Part shown: one piece after another, positions 1 through 11,206 of the stretch
Layout of the letters: every line of letters starts with the position of its first letter
Numbering within the stretch: position 1 is the stretch's first letter
NCBI RefSeq assembly: GCF_000143415.4
Contig: NW_003314333.1
Coordinates: 496,001 to 560,000 of the forward strand
DNA: 64,000 bases
From: Selaginella moellendorffii
Lineage: Eukaryota; Plantae; Lycopodiophyta
Direction of reading: 5' to 3'
Made by a program: the position numbers and the translations under genes
Notes under the pieces: model-generated
What the model was told of the DNA's origin: nothing
Seen by the model: the letters and a program-made list of their open reading frames with translations, nothing else
Databases searched by the model: none

Positions 1-160
1 TGTGGTAAGCCGAGAGGCTGATCTTACCGGCGACAAGGAGCAAGATCCCAGCTCCAACGCCGCCATAGAGCGATGCCAAGCTCCCCCGCCGGAGAAAACC
101 CACAAGTCCGCCACACAAGAGCACGATCCCATACGGGTACGTGAAGCAAAAGTCGTGCAT
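1..160 (-). CDS. TMEM14 / fatty-acid-export (FAX5-7-like) membrane protein, 5' part; runs off the window
   Basis: Minus strand from ATG at 160 reads MHDFCFTYPYGIVLLCGGLVGFLRRGSLASLYGGVGAGILLLVAG, the MHDFCFTxPYG...GSxxS start typical of plant FAX5/6 proteins. Not in the ORF track because it is truncated. Confidence 0.88.
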   Translation of the reverse strand, partial: MHDFCFTYPYGIVLLCGGLVGFLRRGSLASLYGGVGAGILLLVAGKISLSAYH

Positions 161-283
161 CCTTCGTCTCTCTCCTCTCGATCACGGACGACCAAAAAAA
201 ACTTCGAGTACAAATGCGATCCCAAGTTTTTATTTGCCGGAATATGCTCCTTTACAGTGGAACATTCCGTCCCACAGTTTAGC

Positions 284-2799
284 TTAATCGTCTGCCCATT
301 TAACCCCGTGCTTAGCGCCCAAGTAGTAAGCACCGACTGGGCCTCTTCCGCCAAACGTGTAGAGCTCGGGGGCCACTTTGTGTGTTTTGATCTCTTCCAG
401 CAGCGGCGAGATGATCTCCCAGGTCTGTGCGAGCTCGTCGCTCCGTATGAACAAGTGGCTGTCGCCGTCGATCACGTCCAAGATCAATCGCTCGTACGAG
501 TCTGGGATCTCCGTGTTGTATCTGGTGTTGTGAGCAAAAACTTAGCTTCCTCCGTTCTAGTTAACATTTGAAGAAACGAGTGAGCTTACTTGTCCCTGTA
601 GAGAAGATTGAGCTCCGAGGAGTCCAGCTGCAATCCCAGGCCTGGAACTTTGTTGTTGATCTTGAGATTGATGGCCTCGTCCGGATGAACTCTGAGCACC
701 AGCTCGTTGGTGGCCAGGTCGATGTTGAAACCAAACTTATCGCGGTACAAGTTCCCAGGGACGCCTCGGAATTGAATACGAATCTCTTGCCTGTGGAAGT
801 AAAGTCAGAAAAACAAGTGGAGTGTGGAGTAAAACTCTCAGCTCACTTGTGCTTGATGAGGCCGTGACCGGCTTTGATGAGGAACGGAACACCATCCCAG
901 CGCCCGTTGTCGATGTACAAAACTGACGCTATAAATGTGGGAGTGAGGCTGTCGGCTGGAACGTCTTGCTCGCTCAAGTATCCCGGAACTCTGGAGCTGC
1001 CACCCTTTGACACGCTTTCCTTGTACTGACCAAGAACAACGTCGTCCAGAGCTGGCTTGCGCATTGACCGCAGCACTTTCACCTGATCAATCAACTCGAT
1101 TCATGATCCATTCAATTCATGAAAGACCTGCTTGCCTTTTCGTTGCGAATATCTTCTCCTTCCAGGCTAACCGGGGGCTCCATTGCAAGGAGACCAATCG
1201 TCTGGAACAAATGGCTCTGGACAATGTCACGTATTATTCCCTGCTCGTCAAAATACCTGGAACCGGCAAAATAAAGCTCAAATTAAAGCTTGACAAAAGA
1301 AAACTGGTTACCTTCCTCTGCCTTCCACTCCCCAGTCCTCGGCAAACAATATCTAAATGAAAGGCACACGCAGTCGAGTCTTGGAAATAGCACTCGGGCT
1401 TACTTGAATGTTTCGTATGTATGTGCGGTTCCACAGAGGCTCGAAGATTAGATTTGAAAACCGCAAGACTGTCAAGTTTTCAATGAGATCTCTGCCAAGT
1501 AGATGATCGATTCTGTAAAAAGAGCAACAAAGCATGTTTTGTTTACTCTCTTTGATTGAAACAATCGGTATCGTACCTGTATATCTGGTCTTCGGTGAAC
1601 TTTGAAAGCAATCCCTCGGTCATCTTCTTCGAGGTGTGCACGTCGTTGCCAAATGGCTTCTCGATTATGATCCTCGTGTGGCCTCTCTTGCTTTGAGCAT
1701 TGGTGCCAACACACTGCGCAACTTCAACGACTACCTCGTGAGGAACCGACAGGTAGAAAATCCGATTTGCGCAACAACTTCCCTACAAAACTTGTCAGTT
1801 TCTTTTCTCTACTATGCCAAAGCAAAAGCTAGAAATCATACCTCTAGTTTCTTCAAGCGCTTGTCCAGAATTACCATACCATCGCATGTATCGTATCCGC
1901 CGTGCTCATAGTATACATTTTTTAGGAAGCTCTCCATCTTTTCTTCACATCCTTCTCTGCATGCCAAGTTCTCTTTGAGATCCAAATATGCCAAACGAGT
2001 ATTAGAACCTGTGATCCAGCCTGCACGTTAAGTTCCCCATGATGAGCCTCCGGAGGTCTTCATCTTGGAGCTCACTTCTGGAGTAGCCAAAGATCGCGAT
2101 TTTCTGCACATCAAAAAATTTTAAAAGCTTGGGAAAGAAGATAAACACTACCTCTGGAAGATAACCGGTGTAGTAAAGTGCAAACAAGGCTGGAAAGATT
2201 TTGTTCTTGGCGAGATCACCCGTGGCACCTAAAACGATGATTGACAAGCTCGTCGTAGCTGCAGACACGGAACTCTCTCCTTCTTTTTGATCTTTGAATA
2301 GTTCAGCTCCAGAGGAAGAGGCAACCGGTTGTTCTGTGAGGGTTTGATCTGCAAAAGTCGTAACAAAACTTTAGAAGGTTTCCAGGCAACGAACAGGCGC
2401 TTTTTCACCTTGATCCTTCGGAGGAGCTGAGACGTCGATATCGGTGCTTGAGCAGCGAATGCCATGATCAGTAGCGAGAATCTTTAATGTACACATGAAC
2501 CATAACTTCAGGCAGTCAAAAAGATTGGTAGCATGCTTAAAGACTGAGCCACAAAGAATGAAGCTGCTCCTCACGCTCTACTAGCCAGCCAGCAATCCAG
2601 CAGCCAAATCGAAAAGCAAAATCCTATGCATCGTTTAACGAAAAAGTATGACATCGTCGTCGCATACCTTCGCCCTTCTCGAGATCATAGCAGTGGATCG
2701 CAATTGGGTTGACAATCCAGCCCTGTGATGCTCAGCTCCCGCAAAAGAAACCATCTTGGGTGCTTTGATCGCCGGCATTCCAATCGCGGCTGCCGCCAT
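284..2799 (-). CDS. G6PD4: Plastid glucose-6-phosphate dehydrogenase, P0/G6PD4 (probably non-catalytic) type; multi-exon
   Basis: Exons give [52 protein letters not shown] and the C-terminus [19 protein letters not shown]. First exon (ATG 2799, transit-peptide-like, joined to [12 protein letters not shown]) was inferred from splice sites and phase. Confidence 0.9.
2508..2574 (-). ncRNA. Candidate intronic box C/D snoRNA in G6PD intron 1
   Basis: GTGAGGA (box C-like) and CTGA (box D) 67 nt apart. The 12 nt before box D (CTTTTTGACTGC) pair with 18S rRNA GCAGUUAAAAAG with one G-U. Terminal stem is weak. Confidence 0.25.
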
Positions 2800-2877
2800 A
2801 GCTGCGCCTCAATCAGTCACCAAGCGACAAAACAAGAAAAAAATAGTATTGGAAGGGTTAAACTTTAAGTACCTTCT

Positions 2878-3630
2878 CTATGAGAGGAGATGGCTGCGCG
2901 AACTTGGGAAGAGCTCCTCGTTCCTCTCATGGGGCGACCAAGGATCAACCGAGCTCACCACCTCTTTGATGCTAAACTCCGGCCTCACGCCTCGCATCGC
3001 TTCCAGACCAAGCCGGTAAATCTCCTCCGAGTTGCTCGACTCGTGGAGATACTCGTCTCCATTCCACTGAAGTGACTCTAGCGCTTGCACCAAGGTCTTG
3101 GAGCTCGAGGAGGATTCGATCGACTTGAGGAGGAGACCGAGCGCGCGGACGAGATTGTTGGCGATCCTGGCCTTGAAAACGTTGCCACCTTTGCAAAGCT
3201 TTCCCTCCTCGTCATACAGCCGCCTCTTGTGATAGATCTTCACCAGGTTCCTCTCCTCTCCCATGGCCGAGTTCCTGCCAGTGTCGTCGATCAAAATGGC
3301 CCTCTCCAGATCCAGTCCTTCCCTCAGGCCATGGAGCGATTTTTTCTTCCCTGGCCTGACGCTGAATACCTCGATTTCCTGCGAAATCTTGTAGCCCAGA
3401 CGATCCTCGAGGCCGGCGGAGAGCGCTTGCAAGAGATTGGCGTTGCGCAGCGCCTTTCCACAGCTGTAGAAGCCGATCCTCACGCCAGGAATCCTGTCGA
3501 GAGCTGCCAGAAACTCGAGCGCGCCGTGAGCGAAGCAGAAGGAGCCGACCAGGCATGGGAACTTGATGTCGCCGCCAGTGGAGACGAGCGTGTTGTTGAG
3601 ATCCACAAGAACATCGATCAAGCCAGCCAT
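2878..3630 (-). CDS. Intronless HAD-superfamily (NIF/FCP1-like) protein, 250 aa
   Basis: Motif I variant VDLNNTLV, motif II FYSCG, Lys cluster KKKSL, motif IV ILIDD. Telo-box AACCCTAA at 3643-3650 just upstream. Confidence 0.65.
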   Translation of the reverse strand: MAGLIDVLVDLNNTLVSTGGDIKFPCLVGSFCFAHGALEFLAALDRIPGVRIGFYSCGKALRNANLLQALSAGLEDRLGYKISQEIEVFSVRPGKKKSLHGLREGLDLERAILIDDTGRNSAMGEERNLVKIYHKRRLYDEEGKLCKGGNVFKARIANNLVRALGLLLKSIESSSSSKTLVQALESLQWNGDEYLHESSNSEEIYRLGLEAMRGVRPEFSIKEVVSSVDPWSPHERNEELFPSSRSHLLS

Positions 3631-3757
3631 ATTTCGGGGAAGAACCCTAAATCTTTTCCTCTTTAGAGCCGTTAGATTAATGAATATCCAAGTATATTCT
3701 TGGATATACTAGAGCTTTGAAAGTCTTTCGAGCAAAACTTTGATAGAGGTGAGAACT

Positions 3758-5213
3758 TTAGCCGATGATCACGCGAGACCATTCGCTGTGCGTGTGACCA
3801 TAGTGGATATCCATCAGTGCTCGCACGAGGAAACCACAGAGGTTGAAGCCTGGGCGATCGACGTGCTCCTTCTCCAGCTCCAAACTTCCCGGAGCCGCCG
3901 CTATCGCATCGTTTGCGGCCTTGGAATCAAACGGGACTTCGATCATCACTCCGCTTTCCTTGAGAAGCCCGGACACTGGCTGGATCAAGCACGCTGTTCC
4001 TGTTCCAAATGCTTCCACCAGCCTGCCTTGTCCAGCGGCCGCCTCGATCTGAAAGCCAGTGTCAATCGAAGATCAAGGAGACCAACTTTTCACCTCGGAG
4101 AATCGAAGAGATCTTTCGGAGACTTCCAGTCCTTGTATCTTGGTCGCGAGCTTGAGCACGCTGTCTCTCGTCACGCCAGGAAGAATGGTGCCGTCCAAAG
4201 CCGGTGTCACAAGCTCCATTGTGTCCTGTCCAGAGCGAAGCAGGAAGAAGATATTCATGGTTCCAGCTTCTCCCACGAATCCTCCATACTTGTCGTCCAT
4301 GACAAACAGCGGCTGCGAGCATCCCAGCTTTGCTGCCTCGAGCAGCGGGACAATGGTTGGGGCGTAGTTTGACCCCAGCTTCCGGTCCCCAGCTCCTCCC
4401 GGGAACGCTCTCGTGTTTTGCGTGTCGACCCGGAGCTTGATCGGGGCCAGCCGCGACGTCGACGAGGCGGAGAAGAAGGATGATCCAGCCGGAGACAAAA
4501 CCACGAAGAGCAATGCCTCCCGTGACTGCTGGACTCCCAGCGATGGCTGGGTGGCGATCACCGTGGGACGGATGTAAACGGAGAATCCTTCGACGTCGGA
4601 AATCCAGTCCCGCTCCACGCGAAGGAGCTCCTCGATGCATCTCAGTAAAGCCTCCTACAAAGTTTGGTGTCATGAAAAGAACTTCCACGAAAGGAAAGAA
4701 TCCATGGAGTTGTTACCTTGTCGAAGCTGGGAAGAGCGAGGCGAGCGACTGATCTGGCGAGGCGATTCATATGCATGTCGGGGCGGAAGAGGCGAATGCG
4801 TCCCTCTTTGTCTTTGTAAGCTTTCATGCCCTCGAAGCACTCGGTGGCGTAGTGTAGAACCTGGATTCATGCAACGAGCAGTGTGATTCCAATACGGAAA
4901 AGTCATGGAAAGAAAGAATATCACAAACCTGAGCGCAAGGGTGGAGCGAGAGTGGCTCAAGCGGGACGATCTTGGGAGGCATCCAGCCCAGCTCCTCCTT
5001 CCACACGATCTGGAGCATATGATCTGTGGTGTGAGCTCCAAACTTGAGCACGGTGCCATCGGGCTTTTCCTGCATTGATGGAACGAATCAGCCAGACCGC
5101 GAGAAACCAACAGCGCCACCCACCTTGAGCTGCGCCGCCTTGTGGACGATGAGATGTTGGAAGACAATGTCGGACGGTGGAAAAGCGGGCTGATGCTCCT
5201 CCAGGCTCCCCAT
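3758..5213 (-). CDS. BCAT: Branched-chain amino-acid aminotransferase (class IV PLP enzyme); multi-exon
   Basis: Spliced reading MGSLEEHQ...[10 protein letters not shown]...[14 protein letters not shown]...[11 protein letters not shown]...YIRPT...GDRKLGSNY (PLP lysine)...EAGTMN...ILPGVTR...EAFGTGTA...IHYG. Confidence 0.93.
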
Positions 5214-5799
5214 GGCGCTCGACCTCGCCGCTGCTCAATCGGGCTTTTTCTTATCACCACTGGAATATTCGAGAAGCAGCGTTTTCTCATTGTCTGCGCC
5301 ACTCAGAGTCGACGATGTCATGGTGGTCGGCTTTAAACAGCGCAAGGAACTCGTTTGTCAAAGTCGAGCCAGGCCTCCATACTTTGCTTTGGATAGCACC
5401 AAACAGTTCAGAGCCAAAAAAGGAGATCAAAAGAACTTACACTTGTTCGGTCTTCGACACTGTCGCAGCGGCCTTGAACGTACATATAAATCTGCGACTT
5501 TTCTGTGGTTTGTTTCTTCTCCTGCTTGAGCCGAAGAAGCTTGTGCAGCTGCGTGAGCTGCCGGAGAAGCACGAGCTTGAGCCGACTGAGTCCGAGCTGG
5601 AGCTAAGGGACCTGGAGTTGGCTCCAGCTCGAAAGATTTCTATTCTCCTGCTACTTCAGCAGCTCCTCCATCAATCATCCTGCGCCTCTTCTGGCACTTC
5701 TGTTTCTCCATTTCAGGAGAAGGCCAAGCTCCTCGTTGCAGGCTACTGCTTGTGTCTCTAGAACCATCCGGTTCCCTTAATAATGTCCCCAACTGTACT

Positions 5800-8160
5800 T
5801 CGTCATCGTCGCCGCGGAAAAACACCGTCCTTACTTAGTTCTAAGAAAAAACTATGCAACTTTAACTTACTAGCCCTTTTATCAACGGTGTCGTGCTCGT
5901 CTACGCTCTCATATAAGGAATCATCAGCGTCAACCTCAGCATAAGCCCTTGGCCCTGTTGTTTCATCATCAAATTCGGCACCAGTCTGCTTAGCCACGGA
6001 TTTGTCAATGGACTGCTGCCGTTTCCTCCACAGACGAGAGTTCTGGTAGATATTCACGAGCTTTTGGATGCGCCCTGGATTCAACGTAGCACGTTTTGTT
6101 AGTATCCAGCAGGAAATTTCAATTCAATTCAATCAACTCACTTGTTTCGTTTGAGAGTCAAAACGTTTCCATATGCCTTGATGTTACGCTCTGCAGCACA
6201 ATTAGAAGAAGCAAGGCCAAGACGTTGCATGCAAACCTCCAAAGAAAAGGTACGTGCAAATCCATTTCTTGGCAGCTTGCCCACGCCTTCCAGGGATCGG
6301 CTACTGCTGCTGGATCTTCGAACAAACGCGCAGCCAGTCCGGAGCTTGTAGGATCAAAAGGTCCGGTTTGCATTCGCGAGCAAACCGCATGAAGTCTTCG
6401 TTGTCTGGATAAAACCGCTTGACTGCTGGCCTCTAGTCGATGTCTTATTAAATATCTGTAACGTGGGTTCAGACACCAAACCGCACCAAACAGATCACAA
6501 CCTTTGAGGTAACCCGATGTCCAAGCACAGCCATCACAAGTTCCTTCTCCGCTGCTGGCAAAGAAGGTGTTGGAATGTTTTGTCGGCTATGTATTTCCAA
6601 GCTTGCCAGACCAATCCCATAGTTGGTGTGCATCTGTCAAAAAACTTGATGGCTCGTACCACTGGCTCCATCAACAAAAGAATCTTGTCCACCTGCTGCC
6701 AAAACTGAACCGCAACCTGCTTGTTCTTATGAAAGAGGTCCTGAACTTGCTGAGCATCACTGCCCTTGGCTGCTGCTTGAGCCACGCTTTTAAAGTCCCC
6801 ACTAAGGAAGATTACTCTCAAAGAGTCGCGAACTTCTCGCAGCCGTTCCAGCATGTAGTATTACGAGCCAAGCCTGAAGTTAAAATCATCAACAAGAAAA
6901 CAAAGTTAGCGTTACAAAGCTGAAACTAGAAAGTGAACCTTGAATACAAACTTCGTTGATATGCTCCCTGCCGCCTGAACAAGTGGAGGAGATGTGTTGG
7001 ATCTTCGCTTACATGAACAATGCCATCCCTTTTCCAATGCAATCCTTGATGAAGTCCAGAGCGCCTGACAATCCGAGTACGAGGTTCAGTGCCTGGCACT
7101 GACAGGGAACACTCCAAATTCCCAGCGTCTCAAGCATCTGTCCGGCTAGCCGCATGTTGGAAGCATTATCCATCACCACGGCAATAACACCCCCGCTTCC
7201 GCTTCACTCTTTCAAGTTGACGCATTTCTGCCTCTGATGTATCAAAAAGACCGAGTTGGCTCTCCCGAGATGTTCCAGTCCCTAAGCAATCTTGTTTCTG
7301 CCCCGAGCTTCAGTTAGGAAGAAGAGACACGGTGTTAGATACAAAACTCTCTAGAGCGTCGTCCATGCCTTACACCTTACGAGTCTGTGCTTTCAAAGGA
7401 AGCATAGAAGATTTCTTCATTCTTCGTTGCATCAGCGATGATTATATTCCCAATGTGCGTATTCTTTCAGAGTCGAATATCGCAGATAGCGGGCGAGGAG
7501 TGACTTGTTCTCAATCTTCGATTTTATCCACGAAATCTGCGTAAACTTCATCCAGCAAGTCCTTCTGCAAAGCAGCCATGGTTGGGAGAGGTTAGCAATA
7601 GGCCAGCTGCGCATTTTCACTGAGCGCAACACGGAACAGTATAGCATCGCTGTAAACTCCCAATGCAAACCTTTTGTGCTCCACCTTGAGTTCTCCGGGT
7701 GTCCAACTCCGACCTCCTGTGCCTTGGCCACCTAGACTTCGACGCCCTTGGCCTTGTGTTAGCATCGGCTTGCCAAAATCGGGACGACTTAGGATGACAA
7801 GCTAAGCTTGGCCCAGCTGAAGAGCCTGAACTTCGCAAATCCCCAAGAATGTGGGTTATCCGTTGCCAGCCATCCAGTGGTATGTTCTTCCCACTAGATC
7901 CGCCTGTTGGATGCCGGTGTGTTTGGGCATCCCACACTCGCGGCATCTTGTCCACCCTCTGAAGACTCATCCTTCATGGTGAAGTTTACGCGCCTGATCT
8001 TGAACGATCGATCGGTCCAACTCCCTTCTGACAGCAAACACTCCTGCTAGGAGATCCTGACTAGCTGCTCGCATCACCTCATCCACGAAGAACCCTCCTA
8101 TGGCGAGGATCTTCTCGGCGGCAAGGTGAGATCGCCCGGGAATCACCAGCAGCATCACGG
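5800..8160 (-). pseudogene. Decayed hAT-family (DUF659/hATC) DNA transposase
   Basis: Fragments VVMDNASNMRLAGQML...CQCQALNL (~7090-7190), FWQQV...MEPVVRAIKFFD...PTMG (6534-6854), and dimerisation-domain pieces AERN...KRN and RIQKLVNIYQN, broken by frameshifts and stops. No TIR or TSD found; ends approximate. Confidence 0.8.
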
Positions 8161-8264
8161 CGCCGCCAAACCCTTAGGGCGCTGAGAAGCCAGTGCGCTG
8201 GGGGCGATGCTAGCTACGAACCAACCCTAGCCCCAGAGCGGGAGAAATCAAAATGACCATGGTG

Positions 8265-8324
8265 ACGTGGCACAGATCACACCACGCTGGCAGTGAGGTG
8301 GCGGTGTCCTTTTTCTATATATAT
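8265..8324 (+). promoter_or_regulatory. ABRE/G-box-like ACGTGGC and TATA box upstream of the F-box gene
   Basis: ACGTGGC at 8265-8271 and TATATATA at 8316-8323, about 30 nt before ATG 8353. Confidence 0.45.
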
Positions 8325-8352
8325 TGCTGGATTGGCGATAAGGGTTGGGAGG

Positions 8353-9294
8353 ATGACAAAGAAATTATTCAGTTCCGGGGACTCTCTTCCAGATGATGTC
8401 TGGCTGACGGTGCTGAGCAAGTTCCACTGGATAGAAGATTTATCAAGAATTTCACTTGTGTCAAAAACATGGAATCGTCTTTCCAAACAAGTGCCCAAGG
8501 TTAAGATAGACATACCAGAGCAGTATATGGACGATAATTACGAAACGTTTCTTATGAACGCTTTGGCAGGTCGATCTGGACTTGAGGAGGTGAAAATGAT
8601 CCTTGAGTATGAGGTATGCAAAGAAGAGCTACTGCAAAAGCTCCTAGTTCCCTATGCTTCCACCTTGAAGAGGTTGTCATTGACTCAAGTTAGTTTACAT
8701 ACAGGCTCTTGCCTCATATCAAACTTCCCAAGGCTGACATGCTTGGAGTTACACGATTCCTTAACTATAGATGAGCCCCCAGCAAACACAATCTTCAGCA
8801 GCCTCCACACGCTTGTTCTTGCTTACTCTGACAAGGTTTACCATTCACAGGAAGGCATAAATGATGTATTGATTGGCATATTGAAGGCTTGCCCAAATCT
8901 TAGGAAGCTCAAGCTCTCTAATTGCAACGGGAGTCAGTCAGTGCCTACAACGGGGAACCATCCTATTATTCTGTCTAGTCAGAGTTTGGAAGATTTTACG
9001 AAAGATGGTTCTTTGGCTCTAACTTTATCACTAGGTGCTCTTCCTAATCTAGCCAAGCTAGAATTATGGAGCTGCCAGCTGATATGGGATAATGGCTTAT
9101 TCAACAACTTGAGAGAGTGTCTACTGTTTAATATGCACAACAAAACAACAAGAGAACAGCTAACAAAGAAGTGCCCTCACCTTGCAGAATTTAAATGGAT
9201 TGAATATAAATATGATGACTATGATGACTATTTCTCTGACTACGATGATGATTATTTTCTTCCTCCAACAACAGCAACACCACCAACTTTGTGA
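8353..9294 (+). CDS. Intronless F-box/LRR protein with acidic Asp/Tyr tail
   Basis: LPDDVWLTVLSKF...SLVSKTWNRL F-box, LxxLxL repeats (FPRLTCLEL, CPNLRKLKL), C-terminal YDDYDDYFSDYDDDY. Confidence 0.88.
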   Translation: MTKKLFSSGDSLPDDVWLTVLSKFHWIEDLSRISLVSKTWNRLSKQVPKVKIDIPEQYMDDNYETFLMNALAGRSGLEEVKMILEYEVCKEELLQKLLVPYASTLKRLSLTQVSLHTGSCLISNFPRLTCLELHDSLTIDEPPANTIFSSLHTLVLAYSDKVYHSQEGINDVLIGILKACPNLRKLKLSNCNGSQSVPTTGNHPIILSSQSLEDFTKDGSLALTLSLGALPNLAKLELWSCQLIWDNGLFNNLRECLLFNMHNKTTREQLTKKCPHLAEFKWIEYKYDDYDDYFSDYDDDYFLPPTTATPPTL

Positions 9295-11018
9295 GTACCT
9301 CACTACCACCACAAACCTGCATGATGAGCTGTTTACCATCCTTGAACCTGCACATCCCCAACTCCACACCAATAGTGGATAGGATGGTCTAATGCCCTTT
9401 GTGGGTCCTCATGACTTGAAATAGTTGTTATTATTATTATTCTCAGCCAACCTTGCTTGGTGGAGAAGCTGGTTTGTTGCTAGTTGGTGGTGGGTTTAGG
9501 TGTATAGTTATGATGCCATATATTATTATTAACATAGTGGGATTATTGGATTATTTTTCAATTTAGATCATCAAATTAGGATTTTTGGGCTAATTGAATA
9601 TATATAGTTTTGTATTCCATTCACTTGTGCAACTTTAATTATCCCTGATGAGTGTTAAATTTTATGTTTTCTTAATTTAAATCTAACTTTTACATTGTCT
9701 AAATCTTTCTTGTTTTTATAGCTTTTCCATTTCTTTTTTATTGCTTTTCTTTTTATTTATTTTTTTCATCTCATCTCCATGTTAGAGTATTATACTCCTC
9801 AACACCTTCCTCCTCCTCCTTTGACTCTAGAGTAATAATTGGTGTAGTTGCTTAATATTATTTAGTTGTAGGTAATAATCAAACTCAATTGATAGCAATG
9901 TAACACTTCTTGCTCTTGATGTGCATTTGACTGTGTTTCTTCCATATGAATCTTAAGAATAATATGTATTATTGATTCAATTACTTTATAATAATTATCA
10001 CCTCTCATTCTTGGGAAGATGCCCAATATCTAAATAAGTTTCCCATATGTCTTCAAATGATAGTGTTGCAATTGTATAATGCTTGTCCCACTTATAATTG
10101 TATGTACTTCAACATTACTTATATAATCTTAAGTTAATATTGTTATTGTTTGTATTCAAGGATAAAGATGAGAAGCTATGATATTCACTACTAGGTGTGT
10201 AATGAAGTTGGATGACATTGTCAATATTTCCTAAATTGGATGGAGCTGTTGGCTTCAATAATGTAATATTGATGCTGCTATGGTGAAATGTCTTGACATT
10301 ATGATTTTTTAAGGAAATGAGGAGTTGCATAAATAGTGCATGAATAAGTCAATAAGCATTCCATTTTATTTTTAAGAGTATTATCAAGTGGTTCACTTGA
10401 CACTAATTTATCCAATATTCACTTTCTTAAGCTTGTTTTTATAATAATAGGTAGCAAAACCATTTTTCAATCTTTATGGGAATGGCTACAAATATGGGTG
10501 ATCTCAAAAATTGAATTTCAGTTGTGCTAAATTGTCAAGGCAACAGTGGCATAGGGATGAATCTAGAGATCTCATCTATCATAATGGTGACTTCAAGTAT
10601 CAAAAGATATTTATCAACTAACCTTTATGAACACTGTTTCTTTATTGTATTGTTGATTCTCTTTATTCCTCCACCTAAACTAATTTAGTTTGCACTTACC
10701 AAATAAGCATAAAGACAGAATTTCTAAATGCTATTAGTTAAACATACTTGGTTCAGTTATAACATTTGGTAGTATTGATATGGAGCTTGGTATTACATAA
10801 TAGCTTATTATGTATACCACTTTTGCTAATATACCTTATGTATTGATTCCATTTCAATCCCATGTATTTTATATGGTAAGTGTTTAGATGTATATTTATG
10901 AAATATAAAAAGTGTCTTAAACACCATAATGTTATTCCTATATCTTAATTTATGGTCTAATGCCATTCCATATTTACTAATTTTTCAAACTTATCCTAGA
11001 GATTTAACTCTTGGGAAT

Positions 11019-11206
11019 GGGGTGAAAGCCCAAAGTATGCTTTTATATAATTAAATTGTATTAAATATTGTTTGACACCATTTCGCATATAAGAGCTAAA
11101 TATAGGGAGTTGATGCTCATAGGGGATTGTACTAAACCCTTATTTTGTAGTACAATAGACTTGGAGTTTAACTCTCAATTCAGTTATGTTACATTTGGTA
11201 TTAGAG
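11019..11206 (+). mobile_element. Highly decayed LTR end plus tRNA-iMet PBS remnant in an AT-rich spacer
   Basis: GGGGTGAAAGCCCAAAG (11019-11035) is the LTR module also seen at 56846. TGTTACA-TT-TGGTATTAGAG (11187-11206) resembles an LTR end followed by PBS TGGTATCAGAG. Confidence 0.5.

Noticed and set aside
2560-2590. U3 snoRNA (TAGAGCGTGA resembles box B)
   Set aside because: No U3 5' domain or other boxes at the expected spacing.
9900-10700. Decayed Helitron or endonuclease coding relic (IDEIS-like and IYATP-like bits on the minus strand)
   Set aside because: Motifs are too short and frames are full of stops; cannot be separated from chance in AT-rich DNA.
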